A stretch of DNA of 62,515 nucleotides, filler included, from Nemertoderma westbladi (Eukaryota; Animalia; Xenacoelomorpha), in NCBI GenBank assembly GCA_032718475.1. It is 3 parts of 3 records of this genome, joined end to end, with 100 filler letters (N's around TTAATTAATTAA, not from the genome) between each part and the next. Parts side by side here need not be neighbours in the genome. Positions count along the whole stretch, not along the records: positions 22,578 to 53,183 come from JAUCBJ010004866.1; positions 53,284 to 62,515 come from JAUCBJ010005635.1; 1 more part is not named here. One strand, given 5' to 3'. How positions within the stretch are numbered: the stretch's first letter is position 1; each line of letters begins with the position of its first letter. The position numbers and the translations under genes were made by a program. Shown piece by piece: positions 52,221 to 62,515 of the stretch. The notes under the pieces were generated by a model that did no database searches, was not told the origin of the DNA, and worked only from the letters and a program-made list of their open reading frames with translations.

Positions 52221-52653
52221 CTACTACTACTAGGTCGAGCGAACTCGAAAAGTGGAAATGAGATCCTTCCAGGCTTCCCGATTCGCCATAGTTGTTGCAA
52301 TTTTGTTTCCCCCAAGTCCAGTATCATTTTCAAGTTCATCTAGATTGAAACCTATAAAGGCCAAGTTGCGCACACACACAATCATAGAACTGAATATACA
52401 TATTTTGTGTGTGCACAACGGTTAGAAACCACTATGTTGTGTGTGTGAAATTGGAGGGAAATTTGAAATAGGGATTTCTTGTGTGCTCGCGATGGTAGGT
52501 CTATCTATATATGTCATAGGTCAGAGCCAGTCACCCACGAATTCGGCTACATTGTGTTCGTTGCCAGAAAAGTAGGTCTGTTATGACCTCATCTTTACTT
52601 CTCAAGCAGTGCTAACTGAATCTTAATCTTCATTCCCATAGAGAAGTTGATAC
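52221..52653 (-). mobile_element. RTE family B 3'-end fragment with an insertion of about 150 bp
   Basis: Reverse complement of about 31455-31712, including CGAGTTCGCTCGACCTAG(TAG)n. Confidence 0.8.
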
Positions 52654-53183
52654 GTGTACGTACCATAATGCTCGATATTTACGTGGCTTGTCTGCAGCAA
52701 TATTTGAAGGAAGAAAACAATTCTGTACTATTTGTTGAAGAAAATTATCCATCTGTTATGGGTAGGTTTCCTTATTTATATTCTGAATCATTAATTCGAG
52801 TGTCGGGTTAAGAAACCGTTGATAACAATTTTAATTGAAAATCAATTGAATCGATTTATTACTTTTCAAATAAATTTATTATCAACAATAGCTGTATGAG
52901 AATTAGTTATTTTAGGAATAAAATATGGTTTAAAGAAAATGTTATTTTGATGAACCGATATTACGAAATATATTCTACAAATATGACAACTGGTTGAAAA
53001 GAATGCTTAAGCGCGAACTATTTCGCTCCACAGGTTGGATTGTTCTAAATCAGGAAAACACTATAGTAAAACATTATAACACTAGAAAAACAAAGGTAAA
53101 CAACTCTTGGAAAACAGTGAAAAAAAAACACGAACACCCCCCACCCCCCACCCCCCACCGCCCCTAATTTTTCTACAAATCGT

Positions 53184-53283
53184 NNNNNNNNNNNNNNNNN
53201 NNNNNNNNNNNNNNNNNNNNNNNNNNNTTAATTAATTAANNNNNNNNNNNNNNNNNNNNNNNNNNNNNNNNNNNNNNNNNNNN
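53184..53283. other. Assembly gap with artificial TTAATTAATTAA spacer
   Basis: 100-nt N block with a central linker. Confidence 0.98.
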
Positions 53284-54507
53284 TATATATAAGTGGTCAG
53301 AAACTAATACAAGACAAAAGATAATACTTAACTTATCTACATCATTAAGTATCTCACACAAGAGAGAAGATGATACTTAATGATGTAGATAAGTTAAGTA
53401 TCATCTTCGATCTTGTATGAATTTCTGACCACTTATATATACAACGAGTAAGATAATGTAGAAATTATTAAGGAGATAACACAATGTCAGAGTGAGAACA
53501 AAAAAATTAGATATGGTATCAATATATTACCATGAAGATTACTAGAAGTGATGAATTTTATTAAAAACATTCACTTATATATATAAATTTGTGATGTGGC
53601 ATAGTCAACGAAGAAGAGATGGTACGTGTCATAATCATCGACGAATAAGAAAAGAGATGGAGTGCAACGTGGATGAATGGTTGGTTGTCTGAATAGGAAA
53701 TACGTGAAAGAATATGAATCATAGGGTTGTGTGTGTAATAATCAATAATTATTATAATAAAAACGTGCAGTATATAATGTTAGTGGTGGTAGCCTTTCAA
53801 TATGACACAGATGCTGCGGGATTGGTTAGGTTGAGTAACTACTATGCAAATGTTGTTTGTATACGTGTAGCCGGGACGTGGATTGGTGACAGCCGTGGTG
53901 GAGTTGGCAATCAATATAATATCTGATGTAGTTGGTGGCCACGTTGTCAGCATATACAGTATACAGTGGTTGGTTGGTTGCGTGAATAGGAAATAACTAT
54001 GGAAATGTTCGTATACGTGTAGCCGGAAACGTGGTGGATTGGTAGGTTGCTTGGTTGAATGGATTGGTGACAGCCGTGGTGAGTTGGCGATCGATTCGAT
54101 ATAATAGGGTAGTGTGGGGCTAGCCACGCGATGAGAGGTTTGGTTACGCTCGAAGATGAATATGCTATGGTTGGTTGATGCAACGACGCGAACCAATACT
54201 GACGGGAGGTAACAGCTGTAGGAGTAAGGAGGGCATCGCGAGGTTAGGCTACGCGTAGGTGATACGCAGCGATTGGTTGAAGGCAACGACGCGAATCAAT
54301 ATTGATGGTGACAGATGGTCATTAAACACCTCGATTTAGCACCGGAATTTGGCATTTTTTAATTGCCTCCGAGATGTGGCCCGTAGCCCAGGCTAGGGAG
54401 GAGTTAGCCGAGAACTATGCTTCTCCTACTACTGCCTTATCCTTCATCAAATTAACCTAATATAATAACCTCGGCCTGCGGCCTCGGTAATTATACAGGT
54501 TAATTTG
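53284..54507. repeat. Hairpin-bounded non-coding repeat element of uncertain class
   Basis: Imperfect 158-bp hairpin at 53284-53441. Internal degenerate direct repeats (GTATACGTGTAGCCGG x2, GGATTGGTGACAGCCGTGGTG x2, GCAACGACGCGAA x2). Hairpin at 54448-54507 around CCTCGGCCTGCGGCCTCGG. Confidence 0.5.
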
Positions 54508-55175
54508 CTTCTGGAACGGCATCAGTGATTATCCAGTTTTATTCGCCCCAGGTTATTATTTCGAAATTATTAAATTATTACGAAATTACTCGTCATTTTA
54601 CTCCGCCAGTGAAACAATATATGACTATTCAAAATTCAATCAAAATAATTTTCTCCGTGATCTCCAAAATACACAAAATTGGAGATATAACAACGCCAAT
54701 ATATCAACTGAAAATAGATTTGAAACGTTCTATGATAACCTAAAATCAATAATTACAGATAAACATTTACAAAAAAAATACTACAAAAACACGAAATACC
54801 GAAAAAACCATGGATATCACCAGCACTAGTGACTTCCCATTAAAGTACGTATTTGTCACCATATCGCCCCAAAGAGCAGACCTGTTACATTTCGGTATAG
54901 CTGATGAGCCAGGATCAAGGCGTACACTATATAGTACGCCCTGGCCAGGATCAGGATCGTTAAATACAGGGCTGCTCTTCGTGTAGTTGACAATCCCCCA
55001 CATTATAGCGGGAAATTCAAATTATCCGCAGAGCAAACCCGCTGTAACGACTAGTCTTCTTTATGTCTTTACATACCGCAGTCAGGCAGTACCGCTTACA
55101 GTGTAATAGTTGGTTTGGTAGGTGGTACCGGTACTGTTAGAGTGTATGGTTGCAGTTTTCAATAAAACGTAAAAC

Positions 55176-56501
55176 ATGATCCAGTTACAGCTACATTCAA
55201 CTTCAACTGTATCCCCATTCTCTCGTCGTTTTTCTCAATCATCTCAAAAATTACAAACACCTACCAAGAGCACAAAGTCTATCCCGACAACATCGTCTAA
55301 CCAGCAACCCCAGAAGAAGTTTATAAGCATCCACAAACCGTTCAGCATCGTCACGTCTTGGCCCCAGAAATACACGAAGAAACAGAAAATCCCAGACAAT
55401 ATCGAAATACCGGGTTACGCACTGATGGACGGGAAGTCAATCGAGAGATACGGCCAAATATCGGAGATCCATATACTGGGTGATACGGAGGTGGACAATA
55501 TGCGACGGGTTGCGATGTTAGCTAGCAAGGTACTGCGTGCGGGGTTGGACGCAGTTAGTGAAGGTGTTACCACAGAGCATATAGACTTTGTGATACACAG
55601 TGAGTGCGTGCGACTGGGTGTCTACCCTGCCCCTTTAAACTACAGCCAACGTGGCTGCGATATAAACAACTTTAACGCGAACCCGTGCAATAAATCCTGT
55701 TGGATATCGGTAAACAATGTTGTTGATTGCGGCATTCCAGACTCCCGTCCTATTGAGACTGGTGATTTAGTTACAGTAGATGTAGCTGTGTACGGTTTCA
55801 GGGAGACCGCTCGGGTAGCTAGGTCGCTAATAGTCGGGAAGACCTCGGATGCACGCGGGAGGAAGCTAGCCGACGCGTCGTTGGAGGCATTACGCGCTGC
55901 CACTTCCGTTTGCTCCCCGGGTAATTTCTTTAGCGACTTAGCTACCGCAGTTAACGAAGTAGCTAAGAATAGAAATCTATCAGTCGCTCGGGTATACAGC
56001 CACGGTCTCTCTGAAGGGTTGCACCTTCCCCCGCGTATAGACCTAACAGACTCCCGTCCTCTAATGTACGATGTTGATATAACCCCCGGAATGTGTCTGT
56101 GCATCCGGCCTACCTTGTTGGAGTGGCCCTCGGAGTTGTCGGTAAACACCGCTGATGGGTTCACAACGTACACGGACAATCAGGGGAGGGGGGCTCAGTC
56201 CGCAGACACAGTGTTGGTCACAGACCACGGACCTGTGGTGCTCACTAGCGAGAAACCCCTCTCCGCGAACGAGCACAAACATTTGGAGTTGCTTAGCATG
56301 CAGAAAGGGACTGTGCATATAAACACCCCGGCTAAATATGTCCGATACCGGAATAAAGTGCTCCAGAGAGTGGCACCAGGGTGCACTATCATGGAGTTTA
56401 TGTGGTATCTAATGACAGGTCAGATACGAGGGAAATACCTCAAAATTAGTTTGCAAGAGGGGCTAATTGATTGGTGGAAACCAAAGAAACTGAGAAACTA
56501 A
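55176..56501 (+). CDS. Intronless methionine aminopeptidase 1D-like protein (M24A fold, 441 aa), predicted catalytically dead, probable mitochondrial presequence
   Basis: GVTTEHIDFVIH, YPAPLNY, KSCWISVNNV..GIPDSRP, GDLVTVDV, SHG..H.PP, PGM...I.P and AQ...TVLVT..G..VLT align colinearly with MAP1D. The N-terminus is Ser/Thr/Lys/Arg-rich and free of acidic residues. Confidence 0.9.
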   Translation: MIQLQLHSTSTVSPFSRRFSQSSQKLQTPTKSTKSIPTTSSNQQPQKKFISIHKPFSIVTSWPQKYTKKQKIPDNIEIPGYALMDGKSIERYGQISEIHILGDTEVDNMRRVAMLASKVLRAGLDAVSEGVTTEHIDFVIHSECVRLGVYPAPLNYSQRGCDINNFNANPCNKSCWISVNNVVDCGIPDSRPIETGDLVTVDVAVYGFRETARVARSLIVGKTSDARGRKLADASLEALRAATSVCSPGNFFSDLATAVNEVAKNRNLSVARVYSHGLSEGLHLPPRIDLTDSRPLMYDVDITPGMCLCIRPTLLEWPSELSVNTADGFTTYTDNQGRGAQSADTVLVTDHGPVVLTSEKPLSANEHKHLELLSMQKGTVHINTPAKYVRYRNKVLQRVAPGCTIMEFMWYLMTGQIRGKYLKISLQEGLIDWWKPKKLRN

Positions 56502-57197
56502 TCCAACATTAATTAGTTCATGATATTATTAGTAATTAATTAATATGATATAATATAATATGTCGAATTCTTTGATGATAATCAATTATTTAATTTATTT
56601 ATAATTTAAGTTACAGTAGCTTCTTATACAACTGGGTAGTACAATTCAGGGAATCCAGAGATTATTCAAATATAGAAAAATTTGTTAATGTTTGGACACT
56701 GATTTGGTAAAGATTTTGTCTGGGGAATTTGCCAGGTCGGTGATTTAATTTCCGAACTCAGTTTTCATGTTTGACAGAATCTTGTCAGTTTATTTGTTTG
56801 TCTGTCTGTCTATATAAGTAAGCACCCTACGTGTGGCTAATATTTTAGCTACGCGGGGGTATTTCTGGTCTGTGATTTGGTGTTGTCACTTTTCATGTTT
56901 GGCTGCATGTTCCACCTATGGCCTACACCCCTCCAGCCGACTGTAGAGGTCCTTTTGTTACACCCTAACCTAAACCAAAGTGTTCCTCCTACCAGGGTTA
57001 GGTTACCTAATACTGGTAGAGGAGCATCCTTTATAGACAAAGGGGCGTGCATTTCTATTGCTGTGGCATACTGGTATAGGTTTTCTTTTCTGCAGGATAA
57101 ATTATGGATGGAGCTGCAAGTTAAAACTTCTACATTGATTTGTTACCTGTTACAGCACATTATGTTTACAGTGATATGCCCAGTGTTCGTGTAGACT

Positions 57198-58347
57198 AGA
57201 GTAGAGTAGACTTCAAGGCCTTTGATTCAGTCTCTCGCTCACGTATGTTCAGCATACTTTCATTATATGGGATTCCTGATGAAATTATTGCAGCAATCAG
57301 ATCAGTATACGATGGTTCGACAACATTTGTGTCTACTGTTGACGGTGACACAGAACCATTTGAAGTGTTATGGGGCGTCCTCCAAGGAGACACACTTGCA
57401 AAATTCTTGTTCATTATTGTAGTTGACTATGTTCTACGCATGTCCTTAGATCATTATAATGATGATGGGGTGATGATAACTCCACCTACTGGCTCCAGAA
57501 GTCGAGGAAATCCTGCCAAGTACCTAACTGATCTAGACTTTGCTGATGACTTAAGAGTACTCTCAGAATCATTAGAGGGAGCCCAACGGCTCCTCAGCTC
57601 ATTAGAACATGCTGCTTCTAGTGTTGGTCTTTTTATTAACTCCAGAAAGACCAAAATTATGACAGTTAACTTTGAAAGTCATCAGCAAGTCTCTGATCGG
57701 ATGAGCATAAGCTCAAAGGATGGTATGCTTGAGCATGTGGACGACTTCTGTTACCTGGGATCATGGATCCAGAAGTCAGGTGAGGACCTTCGAATACGTA
57801 AGGGCAGCCTTGAATAGGCTTTCCAGGATTTGGATGTCAGAATTCTTCGGAAACTTAAGGTCCGATTATTTAGAGCAGCAGTAGTTCCAGTACTTCTCTA
57901 TGGGAGTCCATGCTGGGCTCTAACTGCTGAGGACACCAAATCTCTGGATGGCACATTCACAAGAATGCTACGCCGGGTTCATTGTGTCAAGTACAATGCA
58001 CACATCTCCAACCAGACACTATATAACATTGGAGGTGTCTCATTGGTTCCCCCAAGCTTGATACTAGAACAAAATCGCCTCCGCTTTGCAGGACATTGAT
58101 TTCGCCGTGAGGACCAGCCAGTGCATAATCTTGTACTTTGGCAGCCTCATGGAGTGAATAAGCATGGTGGACAGCCCATGACTTTCTTGAGACGCATCTT
58201 AAAGGACACAGGCCTTAAAGATGCGGATGGTCTAGCAAATGTCATGGGTGATAGGGAGTTGTGGCGGTGCAACTTTGTTGACAAGCCGGCACAGCATTCC
58301 TAAAAATGCAGCTGCAATGCAGCATGCCGATCCTAGTAGTAGTAGTA
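57198..58347 (+). mobile_element. 5'-truncated RTE-clade LINE (family A, second copy)
   Basis: Near-identical to 25305-26331. VDFKAFDSV, GVLQGDTL, DFADD. Ends in (TAG)n. Possible TSD GTAGACT (57191-57197 / 58348-58354). Confidence 0.93.
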
Positions 58348-59043
58348 GTAGACTTACAGTACTACTATAACTGATATATGTTATCTCCTCCCTATCTTTG
58401 CCAACTAAATCCTAACTAAATCCATAATCTTCCTTGGGAGAATATATTCATATTGGGCATTTGCGTTACTCGTACAGTATGAACTCCATTTTATTACCAT
58501 TGCATTCACAATCATAGAAAATCTATAATTCACAAATTCACAGGAATATACTGTAGATCATACAATGAATATTTAATAAAATAAGAAATTTGGAAATGTC
58601 GAGCAACGAATGCACCCACTTTTGGTGCACGCACGAAAAATAGCAGAAATAGCGTTACTCCTATGAACTTCATTTCAAATCCATTGAATTCGCGATTGCA
58701 GAAAACCTATAAATCGCGGGAATATAGGTAAAATAATGATAATTTCGAAAAAATCAATTTTTAAAATTTCGTGTAGCACCCAATTTTGGTGCCCGCACGA
58801 ACCCTGTTCGGCCTATGAACTAAACATTAGATAATTGTACTCAACTCCACATCCAAAACAGCGATATACAGTAGCATAGTATTTGTATGGTTTTGGGCAA
58901 CTTTCTAATTTACTTATTTTATATCTAATTTTATAATTTTATATATTATATTATATATTTCTAATTTTATACTTTTCAAAAATCCTGACATTTGGTGCGA
59001 GAAAGGTCCTGTATGAAAAAAAAACGGGCGAGTTTAGAGCCGC

Positions 59044-60236
59044 TGTTCGCGCTTTCAGACCTTTGGCAGTTTAACCCACCAAATTAAGATGTCTTCTAGA
59101 TATTAAATCGGTTTTTAGTCTATGACAAGTATTTGATTCACTACACTAGTCGAAACCAATCTGTGCGCGATCATTCACCCGCTGGATATTCCCGGGAGAT
59201 TGGGTTCGACGGTTTAATTTTATTGCTATGTAAGCCTAATGTATTATTCGACTGACAGTCTTATATAATCTCTGACAATATTATTCACCTTCGGGAATAT
59301 TAACAGTTCCTTTAGGACGTGGCGCTTTATCTATAAACAGAGTTATGACTTAAACTACTCACAACGATATGGCTTAATTATAATTCACATATATGGCGCA
59401 TTCTTTAGGAATTGCTTCTTTAACAGACTCACTCATACACAATGCTGCACAATACTGCACACTAATCTGCCAATCTTCACTGATTTTAGTCACATATAAA
59501 AGGAACACAGACTGACTCATGTAGGGTCTATCAAATAACATTAGATTCACTTCAAACCACTTTAACATAAGTCACAATCGTTATTGGTAACCTTTCTCTC
59601 TTACCTTCGGTATATCAAGAATATTGGGTTTCGGGGTTATTTATCGTTATTCCAAATATAATATTTCATCAACCATATTATGAAGAACTGACAGTAAATA
59701 GCAGTATAAAACAACAATGAAAACACTGATTGTTATGAGTTTGCAATGTTTCAGCAGTCAGTATGTATGATCAGTTAGCAAGTTAAAGGATATATGTCCT
59801 TATAATTAAACCTACTAGTGTAAGACTAAAAACTGAAAACACGGAGGTGCCAAAAGCCGGTTCTTAGGCTCTGGGCAAAAACATAACACTGAACTACTGA
59901 GTTTCTGTATATACCTCCAACACAGAGACAACAAACGCTCTGATTGGTCAACCTGAACAACGAGAGAACAAAGAAACAAAGAAACGTCGACGTGGCAATA
60001 TCAGCTGCTAGCCGTCGTCATGGTAGCGACACTGTTTTCAAGAGTATCGAGCTTTTACGTCACGGAATTACGGATTATGTCCTCTAAAGTACAAATACAG
60101 AAGAAATAGCTTTTATGTCCGCTAAAACACCAGTACAGCAAGGACACGGCCTTTTTATGCCTGGTAAACCAACTACAGAGTATTTTACGGGAAAAATAAG
60201 GAAAAATAACCGGACAATTCAGCAAAAGCTTTTACA
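59044..60236 (-). repeat. 3' LTR of the second BEL/Pao element (1193 bp)
   Basis: TGTTCGCGCTTT...AAAAGCTTTTACA, colinear with but diverged from the LTRs of 11783-19545. Confidence 0.92.
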
Positions 60237-60875
60237 CCGCTCCCAGAAAATGGGATTTAAGTCTATAAATTATACAAAATCACAGTTTCTAAAATATAAA
60301 GATACTCTAAACAGTTAGTCTTTCTTACGCAGACGGCGTTTACGCAGTTTTTTGAGGCTAGCAAGAGTCTTTTTCTCTTTGGGGGGAGCCACTTTACTAG
60401 GAGGGCCATAACTCCTGGGTGAAGGGTGCAATATGATTGCATCAGAAGGTGTAGGTTTATGGTCGAGGTATCTGCCGTTTCGATATGCTTCTCCTCGAGC
60501 TGATTTTCCTCCGCTCGTAGCTGGATACGTTCATCCAAAAACTCTCGCAGAGAATAGGATCGTCCAAGTTCGATAACTTCTTAGAGATTCTGGATTTCCC
60601 AATGGAATTGAGATAAGGCCAATTCGTTTATCGATTGGACTTACTGTTATAACTTACATTTATCTGAACAAACGCAGGTTTCTTTTTTGATCTTTATAGA
60701 ATAGCGTTTAACTCGTTTCGTACAACGCTCTCCTTCACCTTGATGAGGGGTTGTATCGCGTTAAACGGGGACGACCATACGGTTGGATAGTGATATTAGG
60801 TGTCCGCGTCACAATCCGGCTAGGTAAGATGGGCGGCTAGCTAGAAATCACTGTCGGAGTGTTACCGATTAATTG

Positions 60876-61835
60876 TTAGGGTAGCACTAGATCTTTGAAC
60901 AGTGAATACAGCTCGGGAGGATCCGTCATACTAATAGGATCAAGAGTCTGAGGTCTCACTAGGGAATGAGGAGCTCTGATCGAGTATTCCGAAACTCTGA
61001 TCAATGGTTTATTTAAGGATCGTCTGAGTCGAACGAGCGTAGGTGATACATTGAACAAGTTGCGCTCGAAACTCCTGTAAGTATAGCGAGTAAAACCGTG
61101 TTTAAAGCAACGTCTCCGCGGATGTTTATGTCTTTCCGTTTGTTGGTTGGGTCTTGGGCATTCATCGCAATAATACCCAAAAACGTACGTCTTGTAGGGG
61201 AAACGCGGGTGATCGTTCTCCAGCTTACAATATTCCTCCATCCGTTCGAAGCTATTCGGTACAACAGGTAGCGGTCGATCGGCGGTAAGATACATCATAG
61301 GGGAATCGAGCCGTTTGAGTTCTACCATGCAGTCATGATGTATACCTTGAGGATATTGAGTTTCTAGATTTTGTTGACTGGCAATATTGAGATATGTTTC
61401 TATCAGGAATTCCAGATAATCGTTGAAGTCGCTGCGTTTATCCGGCTCCTCAACGTCTTCTCTTTCGATTCGGTTTCGCATAGAATTCTCATGTTCGATT
61501 CTCGGTTTATTGTTCCGCCTCCGCTGGGTATGATATTTAAATAGAACCATTTCCCTTTTGGTGTCTATATCGTCTATATCGTGTAAATCGATAGGATGAC
61601 CAGTAGTTAAGAAGGCCATATACGTACCATTACGCTGCGTATATCGAGCAGCGAATTTTCTATAGTCCAACTCGCGCGCGAGCTGCTCTTGGGACATTGG
61701 CGGTTCGATATAACGACCATCGTCCTCCGCAGCAGTTGGACTAACGTCGCCGCGTATTAAGCTATCAACAAACGCTTGCAAAAGTAGAGTATATCGCTCC
61801 CCGATACCAAGAACATCTTCTATCAACTCCGTCAT
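60876..61835 (-). CDS. Accessory ORF of unknown function in the env position of the BEL element (319 aa from ATG 61835; frame open from 62000)
   Basis: Same strand as the element and upstream of the PPT. Hydrophilic with no pol motifs. Has a CDEC-x16-CFKH candidate zinc site. Confidence 0.7.
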   Translation of the reverse strand: MTELIEDVLGIGERYTLLLQAFVDSLIRGDVSPTAAEDDGRYIEPPMSQEQLARELDYRKFAARYTQRNGTYMAFLTTGHPIDLHDIDDIDTKREMVLFKYHTQRRRNNKPRIEHENSMRNRIEREDVEEPDKRSDFNDYLEFLIETYLNIASQQNLETQYPQGIHHDCMVELKRLDSPMMYLTADRPLPVVPNSFERMEEYCKLENDHPRFPYKTYVFGYYCDECPRPNQQTERHKHPRRRCFKHGFTRYTYRSFERNLFNVSPTLVRLRRSLNKPLIRVSEYSIRAPHSLVRPQTLDPISMTDPPELYSLFKDLVLP

Positions 61836-62515
61836 ATCTGCTATATATGAGTTTATCCATATTATAATGAGTTTATATTTAGGCGAGCGGGCGTCGCTGC
61901 CTACCCAATCAACCCCCGGACAGTACGAGATCCTCAGCGCCGATGTGTCGTAGCCGCTGTACTTTCGCCAACGACGTAGCCGCACAACGACAACCGGCAC
62001 AAGTCACTCGACTGTCCGTCCCAAAGGCTTAGATGTACTTCAGGTTTTCCTTGGAGAATTAGGTTACTTTCACGATTGCGACTAGCTACTGTAAACACAC
62101 CTTAGTAGTAACATTCGCCTATAAACTCACAAATACCACACAACTGGTCACAACTACGCACATTCGGGCCATTTGTCCGTTAGTCAATGCCTTCCAGAAT
62201 GTCACTGTATTATTATGTATCCTTGGATACTAGCAGTGCGCTATTTATTCCCTATGCTATTCAATGGGACAAGCTTTCTATTGTTCGTTTAACTCAATTC
62301 TAATTCTAGCGTGGTTGTTGCTATGGTGACATTATGCAAAGCTAGCGGTAGAATTAGGGTGATTCCAATGCATACAGATCTGGGATGTTATTTAATAGTA
62401 ATTCTTTAATAGTCAATGTCCTGTTTATACATGACTTTACGAATTTTATCGGCTATTAACTATGTTTGGGAGAATTTCGTACACGCATACGCATAATAAT
62501 ATAAATCTCCGCTCC

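Larger units (their letters stand above)
59044..62515 (-). mobile_element. 3' part of a second BEL/Pao-family element (continues beyond the window)
   Basis: LTR homologous to 11783-12960, followed by the same PPT/3' region CCGCTCCCAGAAAATGGGATTTAAG. Confidence 0.88.

Noticed and set aside
54895-54955. Hammerhead-ribozyme-like CTGATGA-GCC-AGGATCAA-GGC
   Set aside because: The essential GAAA after stem II reads GTAC and no stem I/III closure was found. At best a dead relic.
55640-56392. Minus-strand ORFs overlapping the MetAP-like gene
   Set aside because: Antisense shadows of a relatively GC-rich CDS, with no motifs.
60876-62000. Calling the 3' ORF env
   Set aside because: No signal peptide, fusion peptide or transmembrane anchor is apparent.

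Overview
This is repeat-rich eukaryotic genomic DNA, most likely from an invertebrate animal, with two 100-bp scaffold gaps (22478-22577, 53184-53283). I can support only two host coding features. One is a single calcium-binding EGF exon (2284-2433, +). The other is an intact, intronless MAP1D-like methionine aminopeptidase homologue (55176-56501, +) that has lost three of its five metal ligands and is probably a pseudoenzyme. From about 2.96 to 22.5 kb a 67-bp satellite is interrupted by three LTR insertions, all landing in or beside its GTTGTACGTACAAC palindrome: a young but defective Ty3/gypsy element, a pol-less BEL/Pao element and a 2-kb solo LTR. The BEL/Pao element has no tRNA primer-binding site and instead carries an 11-nt sequence complementary to its own LTR, a candidate for self-priming. 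A relative at the right edge of the window carries a novel non-env ORF in the env position. The rest of the window holds RTE and CR1/L2 LINE fragments, a near-intact hATm-type transposon, MITEs and several long palindromes. All calls come from reading the sequence by eye; no searches were run.
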